A stretch of 64,000 nucleotides of DNA from Tubulanus polymorphus (GCF_964204645.1 NC_134036.1:4494600-4558599), one strand, 5' to 3'; shown: positions 11,043 through 25,611, counted from the stretch's first letter. The notes: a model not told the origin generated them from the sequence alone. Translations and numbers: made by a program.

Positions 11043-13827
11043 CATATCATATCAGCCGCTGTCGGCAGTACGTATAATTTCCGATTAGCCGATGAGATAC
11101 AAAAAAACCAATCCGCCTAACGACATCACCGCCAGAGAAGAATGACGATGACAACGATGATGACGATTATACTTTGATGATATCCGGAAATAGTGGCGCG
11201 CTATCGGCATCAACTCGCGGGACTGTATCACGACGCGGTATGACGTGGACGCTGCATATTCTATACACATAACAGCCAGCTGTGGTGCGATCGCGCGGAC
11301 ACAATTTGGCCCGGGTCGTATTTGGCCGGTGCCTTTTTTTGTTTTAGAGAGAGCGTTCACACGTGAAATCATTCTGTTTCTGAAATGTTGTGGAAAGCCA
11401 GGTGATTTACTACCACAGTTAGCATTTTAACATTGACGCTTTATGATTAATGATCAAAAATGGGTCTAGGCCATCATTTTCGGTCGGACACGGACCCACT
11501 AGGCTTAATGCATCAACGGGAAAATGGCAAATTTTGGCGAATTTTATTTTCAGCGACTGTTACCGGTAAAATATCTCCAGAGACTACATTTGCAAATCAG
11601 AGGAGCTAAACAATCTTGAAAAAAACTATTCCCGACAACCCAGGTACGCTAACCACTTTTTAGAGACTGTCCATGAAAATCGGGTGACAGTAAACCACTT
11701 TTCGAAGACGGCTCCAGACAATCAGGGGGACAGTAAACCGATTTCAGAGACGGCAACTGGCAATCAGGCGCACCGGACATATCGACCGAGGACATCATGT
11801 TCCACCACAAACGCAGCCCTTTCCCTAACAATATAACCCTCCCCGGCAGTTATTCGTTCACGCAAAGAACGAAGATACAATACACGAGACCCGCGACGAT
11901 TCAGCGAGTTCAGTTTTAGTAGGTTGTCTCGTGCAAACTCAAACACACTCTCGCTCACTCGGTATACGCGCTTACCCCGTTTACGACGAAGCAGCCAGCC
12001 AGTCAGTCAGCCATCACTCTCGGCTTATTACCGAGTCCGTGGGGAACGCTGATAAAAGACAATTGAATATCGTGTCAAGTCGAGGGAAAACCGGATTCAT
12101 CAAAATTCCGAGACGACGACGACGACGACGGCGCGGAGAACTGCGGCAAAGATTACGTAGTTTTACTCGCTTATACTAGAGAGAGAGGGGGAAAGAGGGA
12201 GGAGAGAAATGACGATGAGGGAGAGAGGAAAGAGGAAGAGAGATATGACGATGAGAGTAAGGAGAGTAATAGAGGGGAATAAAACTATTCAAATCGGAAC
12301 CACGTCAAAGTCGATGTGGCGATCGATGATTCCGCTCGTGGCAAGCGATGATCCGCCAGGTGCGCTAGTAGTAGTCACTCAGTCATCGGCGCGAGCAAAT
12401 TCTCCTACCTTCCAATTAAAACCGAACGAACTTTTCTCATTAAATCAGTCGTTAAGAAAAACCGTTCCGATGACTGGGTAGTTCGTCTGGCTTCGTCTTT
12501 TTCACTATCCAAATCATTGGGACAAAATGGCGCAGTACTGGTGTACCAGATCATTTTCAAACCTCCAACGACGACTAGGACAATTATGTCGAAGATCGTA
12601 GATAAATTTCTTAAGATTGTCAAAATATCGCTCGACGCGAACATTAGCGCAGTTTAGTACCGCATCTCGGGGTTGCCAGTGCTGCTCATGAACGGGTTCT
12701 TCAACGACCGCGTACATTATCATAGAGACTCATCCGCAGTCGATGCCGCAAACAAAACGTCGCGGCGACATCGACAGAGCGAAGAAGACGAGTAGAGTTG
12801 ATTTGTATTCCGCGACTGCGACGACGACTGCGGAACTATTAGTTCTCCGTGTCGTATAGTAGTACTCCACACCGCTATCGACTCGACGACACGACGTCGT
12901 TAGCAGACGACAAGCCAAGTAGTAAAAGGCCAACCGGGAACAGCGAGCTCGGTTTATTCGGTGCCGCAGTCAGCGCGTGTAACGTACCTGACAATACATC
13001 TCACGAGCTTCTTATAAAACCCGAACCGTACGAGCGTTATACAAAAACAAAATTTTTGATATTATTTTTAGTCTGAAATAACGGATTTTTTTTGCGATTC
13101 TAGAAATCGCTGTAGCCGAAAAATACATGGATATTTCGAGTGCAGCGGCTGATCCAGAGGGAATTGTGAGACTTGTATCCATCGAACATTTATTTAAAAA
13201 AATCACGACCCTCATAAGAAAGATGCAAGCCTACTTTAGAGACTATAGTGACCTAATTTTATCATTATCAGTTATTATTATATTAATTATTATTATCAAT
13301 TATAATGATTTGAAGGGCGTTGACTCGCAAAGGTATCGAAGAGAAAACTTGATTCTATCGGAAAATACGAAAAAACTTAAATCTCGAGCTGAAGAATACA
13401 TCAGTGATTCCAACACAAATAGATTTTATCTAAGGTTTGCAAAACTTGAAAATAAACGAGGCTATTGTGAGTTTTGCCTCACCGGTGCGGCGTCGGGCAA
13501 TCTCTGAAGCGTAATTGCGTCGTACGCTTATTCACTGCATCAGCAGCAGCAGCAGCAGCAGCGGTTATAGAACGAACGCGGCTCCGAATCCGTCAGCAAT
13601 TTGCCGAGAAATAATTGATTTCATCTTCACCGCGACTCCATGTTCATGAATATAAGCGAACGCGTTATCTCGCGAAGCGGTGAAAACTAGCGTTGGAGTG
13701 CGCGGTGGATAGATTGATGGAGTTCGGGTCGACTGACACACACACACCGGCAGCTCGGTGCCGTTGTGTATCACTGATCGGGAGCGATCATGAACCCATG
13801 CCAGGTCTAAAACTTATAAAGATCTAC

Positions 13828-14070
13828 ACAGAGTCTACTGATTTTCAAAAAATTCTTACTCAGTATTTGACACAACCTGGGGTAGAAATTTACCGGTCCC
13901 AACCCTCTACCGCAGTAAGAGACAAAGTCTATTGCATTTCAAGAAACTCTTACTCGGTATTTGACACCAACTCGGGTTAGAATTTTACCAGACTCAACTT
14001 TACCGCAGTTAAATACTGTCTCCTTCAAACTTTTACTCAGCATTTGTCCCCAAATCGGTTTAGGATTTTA
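13828..14070 (+). repeat. ~90-bp tandem repeat family (also 21195-21590 and a fragment at ~50490-50585)
   Basis: Unit gtaagagacagagtctactgtattt...ctcttactcggtatttgacaccaactcggggtagaattttaccagtctcaactttaccgca. Confidence 0.8.
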
Positions 14071-16630
14071 ACCGCCAAATGAATTACAAGAGTATAGGAA
14101 AATCTACACAATCTCAAACATTATAGTTTTCGTATATGCTACAATATTTTACAGTGTATAAATTCATATCTCACAAATTGATGTAGACCGTGCGATACTC
14201 TACTAGACAAACAGGGTTTTATAACCGAAGTCGTTATGAGATGAAGAACTAGTATCAATATCGACTCCGATGATATATTCTCTTCGCTAAACGATACTCT
14301 ATATAACAGAGTCTATAACTCGACGGCGCAGTCGATTTAAAGCGCTCGTTGTCTACGATCTCACGCGCCGACCACGAGTGCATTTTACTCCGCTCTCTCC
14401 TCTCTTTCTTCTCTTTCTCTCCCTCACGCACACTCTACTGACACTCGAACGGACAAACAGTCTCGCGACGAGACACTTACTAATTGGCTATTAAACCTGC
14501 CTGTCTCTATATAACAGAATTCATATGAAGCTCGAACGCTGTAATTATAGACGCATAACGCTGTATTATGTATTTACGTCAGCGCATATGATATTATATA
14601 AACGACGTATAAGTCGTTTTCATGGCCACACGCACCGACTTTCGCGCGGGAGGTCGCCCTCGCTTGCGCACGAGATGCAATGATCGTGCAGTAGCTCGAC
14701 GCTTAATCGTTCGTCAAGACAATCGAATATCGTGACGAAGTCGACGGAAGACCGGATTTGACGAAATCCCGAGGTGACCGGTGGAGAATTCTGCGGCTTA
14801 GATTACGCCTATAGTTAACCGCCTTCGGTAGGCGTGGTGGGTTTATGTAAGGAACGACAAATACAACAACAAAAAAATCAAACGAAATCTACCAATCAAA
14901 TAAATAACAGGGTCAATCCCCATTTTAAGATCAACAGATTACGCCTGGAGAGTGGGGGATAACACGGGTCAAATAATGGGAACCTCCGACGCTACACTGG
15001 CAATCGAAGATTCCGCCTATGGCAACTGATGACCCACCAGGTTCGCCAGTAGTAACACTAGGTCTTCCGCCCGGAAGGTCCCCCTCGAACGCGAGATGGA
15101 ATAATCGTATAATACAATACCTAATCGTTCAACGCCATGCGATTAACGGTCGGGCTTTACAGCATTGTATTCTCGATGATTCTGGACACTTAGACCCAGC
15201 GAATGTATTATTATGGGCCATATTTTCGCGCCCGGTACGGCCAGTGCGGGTTATACACTTCTGGTGTTAGATTCATTAAATTAACTATTATTAAGTATAG
15301 GTGCCACTTTGTAAACTATCCACACAAAAAAATTATCCAACCTTAAAACAACAGGGGCCAGTTGCGTTATAGTAAATCCCTAAGGCCCAAGATGTCCCCA
15401 GGTGCAAACACGACAATAGCAAACGCCATGGCTTAGATTTCAGACCAGTTTGAGGCCAACTAAGTTCTAACTCTACGGTTTGTCGTTGACTGTGGCGCGC
15501 GTTATAAATACGTCTCCGTCCGACGCATTATCTCACCAGTATCGTCTGTCCCCGTTCCGCCGCGCGGAGGTTCTCAGTTGTTTTCGTTAGATTACTCGAT
15601 ATCGTTCGACGACACGTTTCGGTGTTTATTTTCCATTCATTCTGTCGGGTTTTGTTGCCGCACCGCGAGCGCGAGTCAGAGACGTCGCTGTAGTTGGTCG
15701 CGATGGAGTCTGAGCCTTTGCCGTGCTGATGGTAGTGGTGGTCGTGTAAGTTAGAAACATGCGGGACAAGGGTAGGTGTACGGGACCGCGCCGAGCTAGT
15801 TTTTTTTGCGGGGTAGTTCTATTTCAAGAAAAGAGGGCACGTAACTACCGCAAAGAGAAGCGCTTTCCTATTTTCAAAAGGGTAGATCTTAAATTTGAAC
15901 CCAGGTACCTCAGAATTTAATTGATCATGGATTATTTTCCATTGTCCAAAAAAAACTTGAAAAATTGCATCAAAATGTCGAAAGATGTTGACCAAAAATT
16001 TTTGACACAGATTTTTTGAAGGACATTTTGAAAATTTAAGGGGGTTCACACTCGAACCCCCCTTTCTCCTTGGGCAAGGACATGGGTTAAAGAGTCTGAC
16101 TGAATGACTGAAAGCTGCTAAACCAGGAAACTAGTAACTGCCGAGACTGGAAAAAAAAATTCCCGAGTAAGAGAAGCCGTCCAGACTAGAGAGCGATCTC
16201 CTACGCCTCAGGGGACACCGTTCAGACTGGGACGTAATGATCGCCTACGCATTTGAAGACACCGCTCAGACTTGGAAAGTGGTCTTCTATCACGAGACAC
16301 CAAGCATACTGGGAAAATTGTCTCCTACGCATTAGTAGATCCCGTTTACACGGGGAAAGTGGGCCCCCGCGCATCCGGCCATATCGTCCAGACTGGGAAT
16401 GCGGAACAATCCTATACTGATTCTTCTAAACGATGAAGAAATATATTCCGAACATTTCAGATCTATCAAACTTCAGTGAATATTTAGACGGTAGTTAAGA
16501 CGTGTCGAGTTTACATTCTCTCTGGTTTCGGCTGCTATCTAAGATATGCACCCGGGTCGGATACGGCGTTTATTCAAATCCCGGCCATGGGGGACAGGTC
16601 AACTTGTCGGCACCGGTCTGTTCGAGACGC

Positions 16631-16712
16631 GGCGCTGTCGAACTCTAATTACTATTACATGAATGGTAACCATATCATAACGCGGGTTAGGAAATTAGAG
16701 TTCGACAGCGCC
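16631..16712. repeat. perfect 20-bp inverted repeat with 42-bp spacer (MITE-like hairpin)
   Basis: ggcgctgtcgaactctaatt ... aattagagttcgacagcgcc. Confidence 0.85.
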
Positions 16713-16781
16713 CTTTTCACTTTGATAAACGGTGCTTTCCTTTAAACCGGTATTAAACCCCTGGCCTAAAACGCTAATCAT

Positions 16782-16980
16782 ATATCAGTCATCTCTACCT
16801 CGGGATACATAACATCCAGCAGCTGCTAGGAGCTCGGGAGTAATCTAACAGAACAGGTGAACACAGTAACTCCTGGGTCGAGAGAGGCGATGAGAGTGTC
16901 GCCCGAGGACACTACGGTAATGTATGGGGTTCGAACCCACGACCTGCCTTAACGGAGTCGAACACTCTAAAACCACCCGC
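16782..16980 (-). mobile_element. tRNA-derived SINE (second, 5'-truncated copy at ~48474-48640)
   Basis: The - strand has a tRNA-like head with B-box GGTTCGAACCC, followed by GTGTCCTCGGGC(AA)GACACT...CCCAGGAG, a central block resembling CORE/Nin-type SINE domains. A homologous copy lies 31 kb away. Confidence 0.7.
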
Positions 16981-17639
16981 CCTCACCCACTAGTTCAGTG
17001 ACCAGTGACAACGTATCTAAAGAACAGTTCATCGTCCTGAATATGATGATGATAATAATGATACGAAGCCGACAAACACAACATCATAACATCGAGCATA
17101 GAATCATGTCATCTTCTTCCCAGAATCATCGTCATCTTCTTCCCCGTCTTCTCCGGCGCTCCTCTCTCTTCTCTCTCTCCCTATCTATCTATTCGTCTCT
17201 CTCTCTCTCTCTCTCTGACGATGGAAAGACGACTACATGCTCATTATCTGTAACCAGCCGGCGGCGGTTGAAGCTACTCCCTGTGTCGTGATGCTTCCAT
17301 CCGACTGAGCGTGTAATGATTTGATAATCTTCGCATGCATATACGACGCTCGTCGTCGTCGTCGTCGTCGTCGTATGCCTACCTGCCTGCACGACTTACC
17401 ATCCATGCAACCATCCATCGCCTGCCAGGGCTTGTCTCCTATCGTCATTCCACGGTTCGATTTCGCTGTACATGCGCGCTAACAGGATTGGGGGATGCCG
17501 CGCGCGCGCCGAAAAAAAGCCGTTTATCTGGTTTTCACGTTTTTTTATACGTTATCTTCAGCGGCTGGCATTGTGCGGGTTTCTGGTTCATTATCGGCGA
17601 ACCGCGCGTACTTCGTGCTTTTTGAGATGTTACGCACGT

Positions 17640-17834
17640 GACTGACTGATTGCCAGTTGACTGACTGACTGACTGACTGCCTGCCTGCCTGCCTGACTGA
17701 CTGACTGACTGCCTGCCTGCCTGACTGACTGACTGCCTGACTGACTGACTGACTGACTGACTGACTGACTGACTGACTGACTGACTGACTGACTGACTGA
17801 CTGACTGACTGACTGACTGACTGACTGACTGACT
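17640..17834 (+). repeat. (GACT)n/(GCCT)n tetranucleotide microsatellite
   Basis: Direct observation. Confidence 0.97.
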
Positions 17835-18619
17835 AACAGCCAGCCGTAAGAGGCTCCCATTCAAAGATCCTACCTTCAGGATTCAAACATAATGAGCCCT
17901 TGCAATTGACAAAAGACACATTTTTCTAACACCGATGCTTTAGACAATTCACCAAAACGCCTTGAAAAATAACCATAAAATTAATAAAAGAAATTTTCAT
18001 CCCGGTAAGCATTAAACACACTCTAACAACTTAACGACGAGTTTTCTTTTCCTATTCGTCAAGGTAGGCGTCATCATTCAGTTCTACCTTTAAGAATTTT
18101 TTTCTCTGGATTTCTTTTCGTCGGAAGCAAGCGTCGTCGTGTTTTTTTTATACGCGAGTAAGACGGCGGTGTCGTGTGTACCGTCGTGTACTCGAGGCAC
18201 GGTTCGCCGAACCCGTCGTGTATTCGGCATTTTTTCTCTCCCCTCTCTCTCCCTCTCTCCCCTCTCTCTCTCTCTCCGCGCTTGGCTGTAGTTGTATATT
18301 ACACGACCGTGTGTCTACCAGTCTATGGCGGTGTAGTCGTCAGCGCGGAGAGAGCAGTTCATTAAGTCGTACGGACGGTGCTGTCAGCGTTCATTAGCCG
18401 GTGCAGATTTCACGACGGACTCGACCGCGTTTTCGTTCTGTAGTCGACGACGGGAAAATCGAGCGAGCCGACGACTGCGCTCGTTGTTTTGCTTAGTCGA
18501 TATTGCGAGCACAGGTGCGCGGTTCGCAGGTGCCATTCGATGGGTTTTGCGTGCGCACGGAAATCACCGATCCAGGTAGATTTAGGCATGAATAACGAGC
18601 GACATTCAGCATAGAACGA

Positions 18620-19080
18620 CTGTCCGACTACTAGCGACCCCTGGTGGATCACCAACTGCCGCAGGAGGAATCGCGGTAGGAAATCAAGCACAGAATGACC
18701 GTTCGACTACCAGCGACCCTGGTGGGTCATCAATTGCCACAGCAGGAATCGGTGTATAATATACGTCAAGTACTGAAGGACTGTTCAACTACTAGCGACC
18801 CCTGGTGGATCACCAACTGCCGCAGGAGGAATCGTGGTAGGAAATTAAGCACAGAAGGACTGTTCGACTGCCAGCGACCCTGGTGGATCATCAATTGCCA
18901 CAGTAGGAATAGGTGTATAATAGACGTCAAGTACAGAAGGACAGTTCAACTACTAGCGATCCTGGTGGATCATCAATTGCCACAGGCGGAATCGGTGTAT
19001 AATGGACTTCAAGTACAGAAGGACTGCGCGAAAACTAGCGATCTTGGCGGATCATCAATTGCCACAGGAGGAATCGGGCT
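18620..19080 (+). repeat. ~81-bp tandem array (~6 units) of a dispersed short element
   Basis: Unit actagcgaccctggtggatcatcaattgccacagcaggaatcg... Monomers at ~4232, ~12315(-), ~15000(-), ~23741, ~32300, ~36820(-). Confidence 0.8.
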
Positions 19081-21194
19081 TGACTGGCACAGTTACATCT
19101 ACCGTTCTAGTTCCCCGTGGATAATACGTAAACATATCAATGATGTAAATCACATTATATCAAAGATCAATGAGGTAATTTTTGGATTTGAATATATAGA
19201 TAATTGAATTGAGTTGACCGGCAACCAGTCTAGAAGCCCCGATATAACGAAATATTGATGACGTAGTGCACATCCTTGCAATAATAAATATTTGAATTTA
19301 CCAAAAATAAAATAGGAATTATGAAATATATCGATTACAAAATAAACGAAAAGGCCAATATCGATGACGTAGTGCACATCGGCACAAACAGAACCACTAA
19401 AATATCGCATAAAAAGTATCAATGTATATTGACATCATTGTAACAGTTTTCACTGTCAATGGCGCGGGTTGAGTCTACTATTGCCGCGGGAGGAATTCTT
19501 CGCCGAAAAGTACAAGACATCATCATTTCCTGCCCGAATCGCGAGCCTTTTTTCCTTCCTTCTTTTTTCGTTTCACCGCCGCAGAAACCGAGTAGTAATA
19601 TCGTCGAGGAAGCGCGGCACGGATAGCGCGGAGAATATGTATATTTATCTCGTATACGTAGTGCGCAGTCGGGCGAACTCGTTCACTGGCGGAACCGATT
19701 CTCATACACGACGCAATGTAAACGTTGTCGACGGATGTCAGGAGAGCTACCAGAGTAAACACGCTACTTCACTCGGCAGCGACGCGCGCGCGCGCCAAGC
19801 TATAGCAAATTGCTCAACAACGTACGTATCTCATACATATATACATATATACATACATTTGTGTAGACACTTTGTACCACCGCAACGCGATGTTCGAGCA
19901 CCCCTTCAAAAATAAGTAGTAGAGTTCGCCTATCAACACCCCTCCCCCACTGGAATATGATAACGAACTCGAGACTATACAGACGATATCAATTACGCGC
20001 CACATTCGTTGGCTTTTACGAAGGTAAGGCGATGGAGCCGAAATCGTTGGTCAAACGTAGCCGAAAAAAATGCCGAATTTATTGGCCAAAGATGTAAAAT
20101 CTAACGATTCTTTTTGGCTAATAAAACGATCTTCAGCGCGATGGTATAATTATTTCCAAAATCTCGATGTATCAAGTTACGCAGTTAAAAAATCTAAACC
20201 CGATCAGTTGCTTGCCAGTTCAAAATGGTTGGAAGATTGTTTGGAAGAGCCGGAACCTGAATTTCCCAAATTACGTACTTCGTTTGGAATAAAAAAGACT
20301 GTAAATTCGACCGCCGATCGCACAACTATTTATCTGTACTTTGCGATTAACGATTGAAAAATCAACCCCCCCCCCTGTTTTGCCACAGCAGGAGTGACTG
20401 GTGGGTCTGTAAAGGACATAAAAACAAAATCAAACGAAATCTACCAATCAAATGAAAAAGTGGACAATCCCTATTAAAACATAAAAAAAAGATGGTATAC
20501 TAATGGCTATCCCCGTTTTCTTGCTCAAAGAAAGATCCCCAATGTCTAGCTCAATTTAGTAATATCAGATTTGTCAGTTATAGATTGGCCGAAACATCTA
20601 GAAACCATCGACAGCGAACGTCATTAAGTCTGACACTTTCCCCCAGACCAGAGAAGACATAGCTTTACGCTACACACGACTCCTCAGTCCAGAAGTCTAA
20701 TTCACGCCGATGACAATAAGTGGAAGTACACACCATCGACTGCCGTAACAATATAGACGAGGGGATGAATCACGGCCGAGGATTTTCTTTCGACACACCT
20801 GAGGGTCATCGAGGCGTTCGCACGACGCGCGCGCCGAGCAATTTCCGAGCGAATTCCAATGTGATTACGCAATACCCGCGCGCGGATGGATAAACGCGCG
20901 CCGGTAATGTCGGCGTGTATGGCCGGCAGCGGCCGCATCGGAATTACAAGACGAGACCGACCCGAAATCGGCCTCTGGCGAGCGGGGGGACGGGTGCATA
21001 TGCAGCCGTATAGGGAAGCCGCGTATGATACACATATTATATCGAATGATTTTGTTGAACATTGAACGTATATATCGACGCTGAATGATATTAAGACAAA
21101 AGACAAGTGTGTCGTCCGCATTACCCGAAAGAAAATAAACCGATTCGGTAAAATGATGCCTGGGACTCAGCCGAAAAAGGCTATGAACAACCAC

Positions 21195-21590
21195 GGTAAG
21201 AGACAGAGTCTACTGTATTTTCCAAACTCTTACTCGGTACTACCAACTCGGGGTAGAATTTTACTAGTCTCAACTTTACCGCGATAAGAGACAGAGTCTA
21301 CTGTATTTCGCAAACTCTTACTAGGTATTTGACACCATCTCGAGGTAGAATTTTACCAATGTAAACTTTACCGCAGTAGGAGACACTAGAGTCTACTGTA
21401 TTTCACAAACTCTTATTCAGTATTTGACACCAACTCGGGGTAGAATTTCACTGGTCTCAACTTCACTGCAGTAAGAGACCACATAGTCTACTGTATTTCA
21501 CAAACTCTTATTCAGTACTTGACACCAACTCGGGATATAATTTCACCAGTCTCAACTTTAACGCAGTAAAGTAAGAGACAGAGTTTATTT
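21195..21590 (+). repeat. ~90-bp tandem repeat, ~4.3 units
   Basis: gtaagagacagagtctac recurs about every 88-100 nt. Confidence 0.88.
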
Positions 21591-22046
21591 ACTAGTCGCA
21601 ATCGTCGTTTAATCATACCATAATGTGCTGATCACCACCACCTAAGTGTCGATATCGAATGTCGACATGTCAGTGTGCCACGAACACGGCCGAGATGTAG
21701 AAATACATACACGAATACGAAGAGTACATCGTGCGGAGAGACGTCGAACGCACGCAGACGAAACAACACAACAACTGAAAAAATCGTCGATAATTTTCTC
21801 TCTGTCGGCTTCGCGGGAGCTCTTAACCGTCAGCAAACCGTGCTGCGAGCGCCGGGATACGAGGACCGACTCGAGGACGAATGAAGTCAATTTGTCGTGT
21901 TACACGAAACGAAGAGGATGTGAATTAAAGACTGTGGAGAACGCGAAAAACAAGTCGAGAGCCGAGTTGCATTAGTTACTGATAGGCGGGAGTTCGGAGC
22001 GACGCGCGGTAGATATGCTAGGCACGAATTCGATGAGGTCCGTTTA

Positions 22047-22800
22047 AAAACCTTTCATGATTGACCCGTGTACCGCGGTTTTAAACACTGGTTTACATTA
22101 AACAACTTTTCAGTAACTGACCCCTGTACCGCGGTATCTAAACACTGGTTTACATTAAACAAGCTTTCAACAACTTACCCCTGTACCGCAGTATTCAAAC
22201 ATTGTTTTACATCTAACAGCCTTTCAGTAACTGACCCCTGTACCGCGGTTTTAAACACTGGTTTACATTTAACATTATAGTAACTGACCCTGTACCGCGG
22301 TATTTAAACAATGGTTTACATTAAACAACATTTCAGTAACTGACCCCTGTACCGCGATATTTAAACACTGGTTACCATTAAACAACCTTTCAGTAATTGG
22401 CCCCTGTATCGTGGTATTCAAACACTGGTTTACATTAAACAACCTTTCAGTAACTGACCCCTGTACCGCGGTATTTAAACACTGGTTTACATTGAACAAC
22501 CTTTCAGTAACTGACCCCTGTACCGCGGTATTTAAACACTGGTTTACATTGAACAACCTTTCAGTAACTGACCCCTGTACCGCGGTATTTAAATACTGGT
22601 TTACATTGAACAACCTTCCAGTAACTGACCCCTGTACCGCGGTATTTAAACACTGGTTTACATTGAACAACCTTTCAGTAACTGGCCCCTGTACCGCGGT
22701 ATTTAAACACTGGTTTACATTGAACAACCTTTCAGTAACTGACCCGTGTACCGCGGTATTCAAACATTGCAGTGTTAACATTAAACAACCTTTCAGTATA
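22047..22800 (+). repeat. 57-bp minisatellite, ~13 units
   Basis: Unit aacctttcagtaactgacccctgtaccgcggtatttaaacactggtttacattgaac. Confidence 0.95.
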
Positions 22801-24357
22801 CAGCCCCGCCTGTACCGCAGTATGCGAAGACCTTACCAACCCCTGTACCACATAATTCATTAATTTGTTTTATAAATTGGCCATTTATTTATACGATTGT
22901 AAGGGAAACGCATAGCCGAGTTTGCCGTGGCCTGAATCGATAGATTATCGGGGGGTAGTGTGTATAAGTTGCACGCCGTTTTATCGACGTATCGCTTTCG
23001 CTTTCTCGTCGGTATTGAGTCACTTTATATTAAACGCCGTCGCGTAATTGCTCGCTAATGTGTAGCGTCGCGCACTTTCATCTATTAGTCGCCGGTAACT
23101 AATTATCAACAACGCGTACAGCACCGGACAACGACTACAGCAGGTACCGATACCGGCTAATAGCACTGCGGTGTTCGAATGTGTACGTCTTACGACGAAC
23201 CGGGCTCGCGACTTGGTTCTACACGAACCCGTGGTTCTGCGAAGTCTATGATGCTATCTTTCACAGGGAATAGTGTCATATGGCTTTTCTATTTTTTTCT
23301 ACATGGCGTTCAATTTTTTGTCTCGCCTGACCCATATCTACCGTTTGCCAGTTAAGATGGTATCACTTCGAGGTTTCACCAACATAGCTCCATTATTTTC
23401 ATTAATTCGTTTGATTCAATTGTGGACTCATTCCCGAAGCTTTGTGGGTTTGATTTGATCGTGAACCCCCAATTTTTTTTACCAAAATGAGTTTATTTCA
23501 CAACAAAAAAAAAAACAGTCAAATTGACAAAATAAACAAACCACAAAAAGCGTCATAATGACATTATATGCGAGGTAACATGAATACAAAATCATGCGTT
23601 TCTAGGCATATGATAAAGACATACTTTGGTCCACAGTTGTGTGGGTCTAGTTTTAACCCTTGGTTACTCGGAGAAAAGATGACTCGAATTTAATTGAAAT
23701 GCATTCAGAAGAGAGCTTGTAGCGCGGTAACCCGATAACCACTAGCGAACCTGGCGGATTCCTCGCTTGCCACAGTTGCGTTGTCGGTACCCCGCGTTAA
23801 TAGCCTCGTCGAGACCTTGTTCAACTATCGGCTGCCTTCGTCCAGACTTAATAACAGATGCGAGTTATTGCCATTCGCGCGATCGCAACTTTTCGCGATG
23901 TCGTACTTAGCAGAGCAAGGCCACGGTGATAGACGATACCGAAGAGACGCCGCTATTCTATATACCGCCCCGAGGCGATCAGAGGGGCGCACTTATGTGT
24001 ATGTATAGAAGGCTCCGTTGTATCGGTTCGCTCGGGTCGATGAGATACGCGCCCGATTTCACGGCTTGTTATTAGGAAACCGAAACCGGAGTGACGCTTC
24101 CTTCGATTATTCGCGCTCCGACGGCGACGAGATATTGCCACCGCCCGAAGTTCAAGGACGCGCGGCCGGGTAAATATTGAAATCATCGCCGTCCGTCGGA
24201 ATCGCTTTCATCACCGAGTATCGCTAGTGCTAACGTGGTGATAATGCCGTTCCTAATACAAAATAGCACAAAATGCGGTAGAAATCCTTCGGATAAGATA
24301 TAGCGTAACGTATCATTGACCAACGTTCTAGCAGATCGTTGAGGATCATTCTGGAAG

Positions 24358-24890
24358 GTGTGTCTGTTCTACTCGCTGCTCTCCCGCTACAGCTGCGAGG
24401 AGAGGGGGTTCATCGAGAACCTATTGCGTCTGTTCTACTCGCAGCTCTCCCGCTACAGCTGTGAGGAGAGGGGGTTCACCGAGAACCTATCGCGTCTGTT
24501 CTACTCGCTGCTCTCCCGCTACAGCTGTGAGGAGAGGGGGTTCACCGAGAACCTATTGCGTCTGTTCTACTCGCTGCTTTTCCGCTACAGCTGCGAGGAG
24601 AGGGGGTTCACCGAGAACCTATTGCGTCTGTTCTACTCGCTGCTTTTCCGCTACAGCTGTGAGGAGAGGGGGTTCACCGAGAACCTATTGCGTCTGTTCT
24701 ACTCGCTGCTTTTCCGCTACAGCTGCGAGGAGAGGGGGTTCACCGAGAACCTATCACGTCTGTTCTACTCGCTGCTCTCCCGCTACAGCTGTGAGGAGAG
24801 GGGGTTCACCGAGAACCTATTTCACCTATTCTTATACTGGCTGTTCTTCCACTACAGCTGCGGGTAAAGGAGGGTTCACCAATAATCTAT
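24358..24890 (+). repeat. 66-bp minisatellite, ~8 units
   Basis: gagaaccta recurs at 24415, 24481, 24547 and onward. Confidence 0.95.
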
Positions 24891-25611
24891 CGTGGCTGCG
24901 CCAGCTTCGGTCTGACATCAAACGAGTAACGTTCTCTTTTTGGCGTCAGAGAAAAGCGCAACGATTCCGATAAAGCACGCGCAGCCACTCGGAACGACTC
25001 GATCAGGCCACTCTCCTTATCATCCGTTTCACTATGATCATCGCTCCGATTCAATCGACAACCATCAACGATCGTCGATAATAATAATCGTCCGAAACGC
25101 GACGATCTCTCGACTGTAAAACGTGCGTATAAATACGTGTCGGTTAGATGCTCGTTGAGTCTTGCAGAGGACGAGCGTTTGATTTCGTCGGTGGTCGTTA
25201 AGAGGGATCTAATGACAACCAATTAACCGGCGCAATACGACGTGCCATTATACGCCGGGCTCTTGTCAAAGAGCTTCTCGATTGAAATATAGAAGAGCAT
25301 GCACGTATCCGCTTCGATCGAGCTTGTTTTCAGTGTCCTTAATAGCTAGGTAAAGGACATCTATACTATACATGAAATCATCATGGGTTTTTATCGCGAA
25401 CTGGTCTGTCGTTATGAAATGATCGAAAAGGGGAATCTCAACGAAGAAATCCGGCGCACTCGGCCTAGCGCGGCAAGGTTCCGTAACGTGGTGAGTCGAG
25501 ATGCCATCGCGTTCGGATCCCTGCACGGGGAGGATGGCAAAGGCTAAATTAAACTCGGGCCAAAAACGCTTGACGGTGACTTAGTGAGATAGATAGCTTC
25601 ATTCTTCTGGT

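Noticed and set aside
13127-13507. 126-aa ORF with a hydrophobic stretch
   Set aside because: The hydrophobic run comes from an (ATT)n-like tract; there are no recognisable motifs or splice context.
22068-22863. ORFs with 19-aa repeats on both strands
   Set aside because: Artefact of a 57-bp (multiple of 3) minisatellite; no gene context.
24358-24973. Cys-rich or 22-aa repeat ORFs, and a possible CRISPR-like array
   Set aside because: A 66-bp tandem repeat with no unique spacers, dispersed elsewhere in both orientations. The context is eukaryotic and there are no cas genes.
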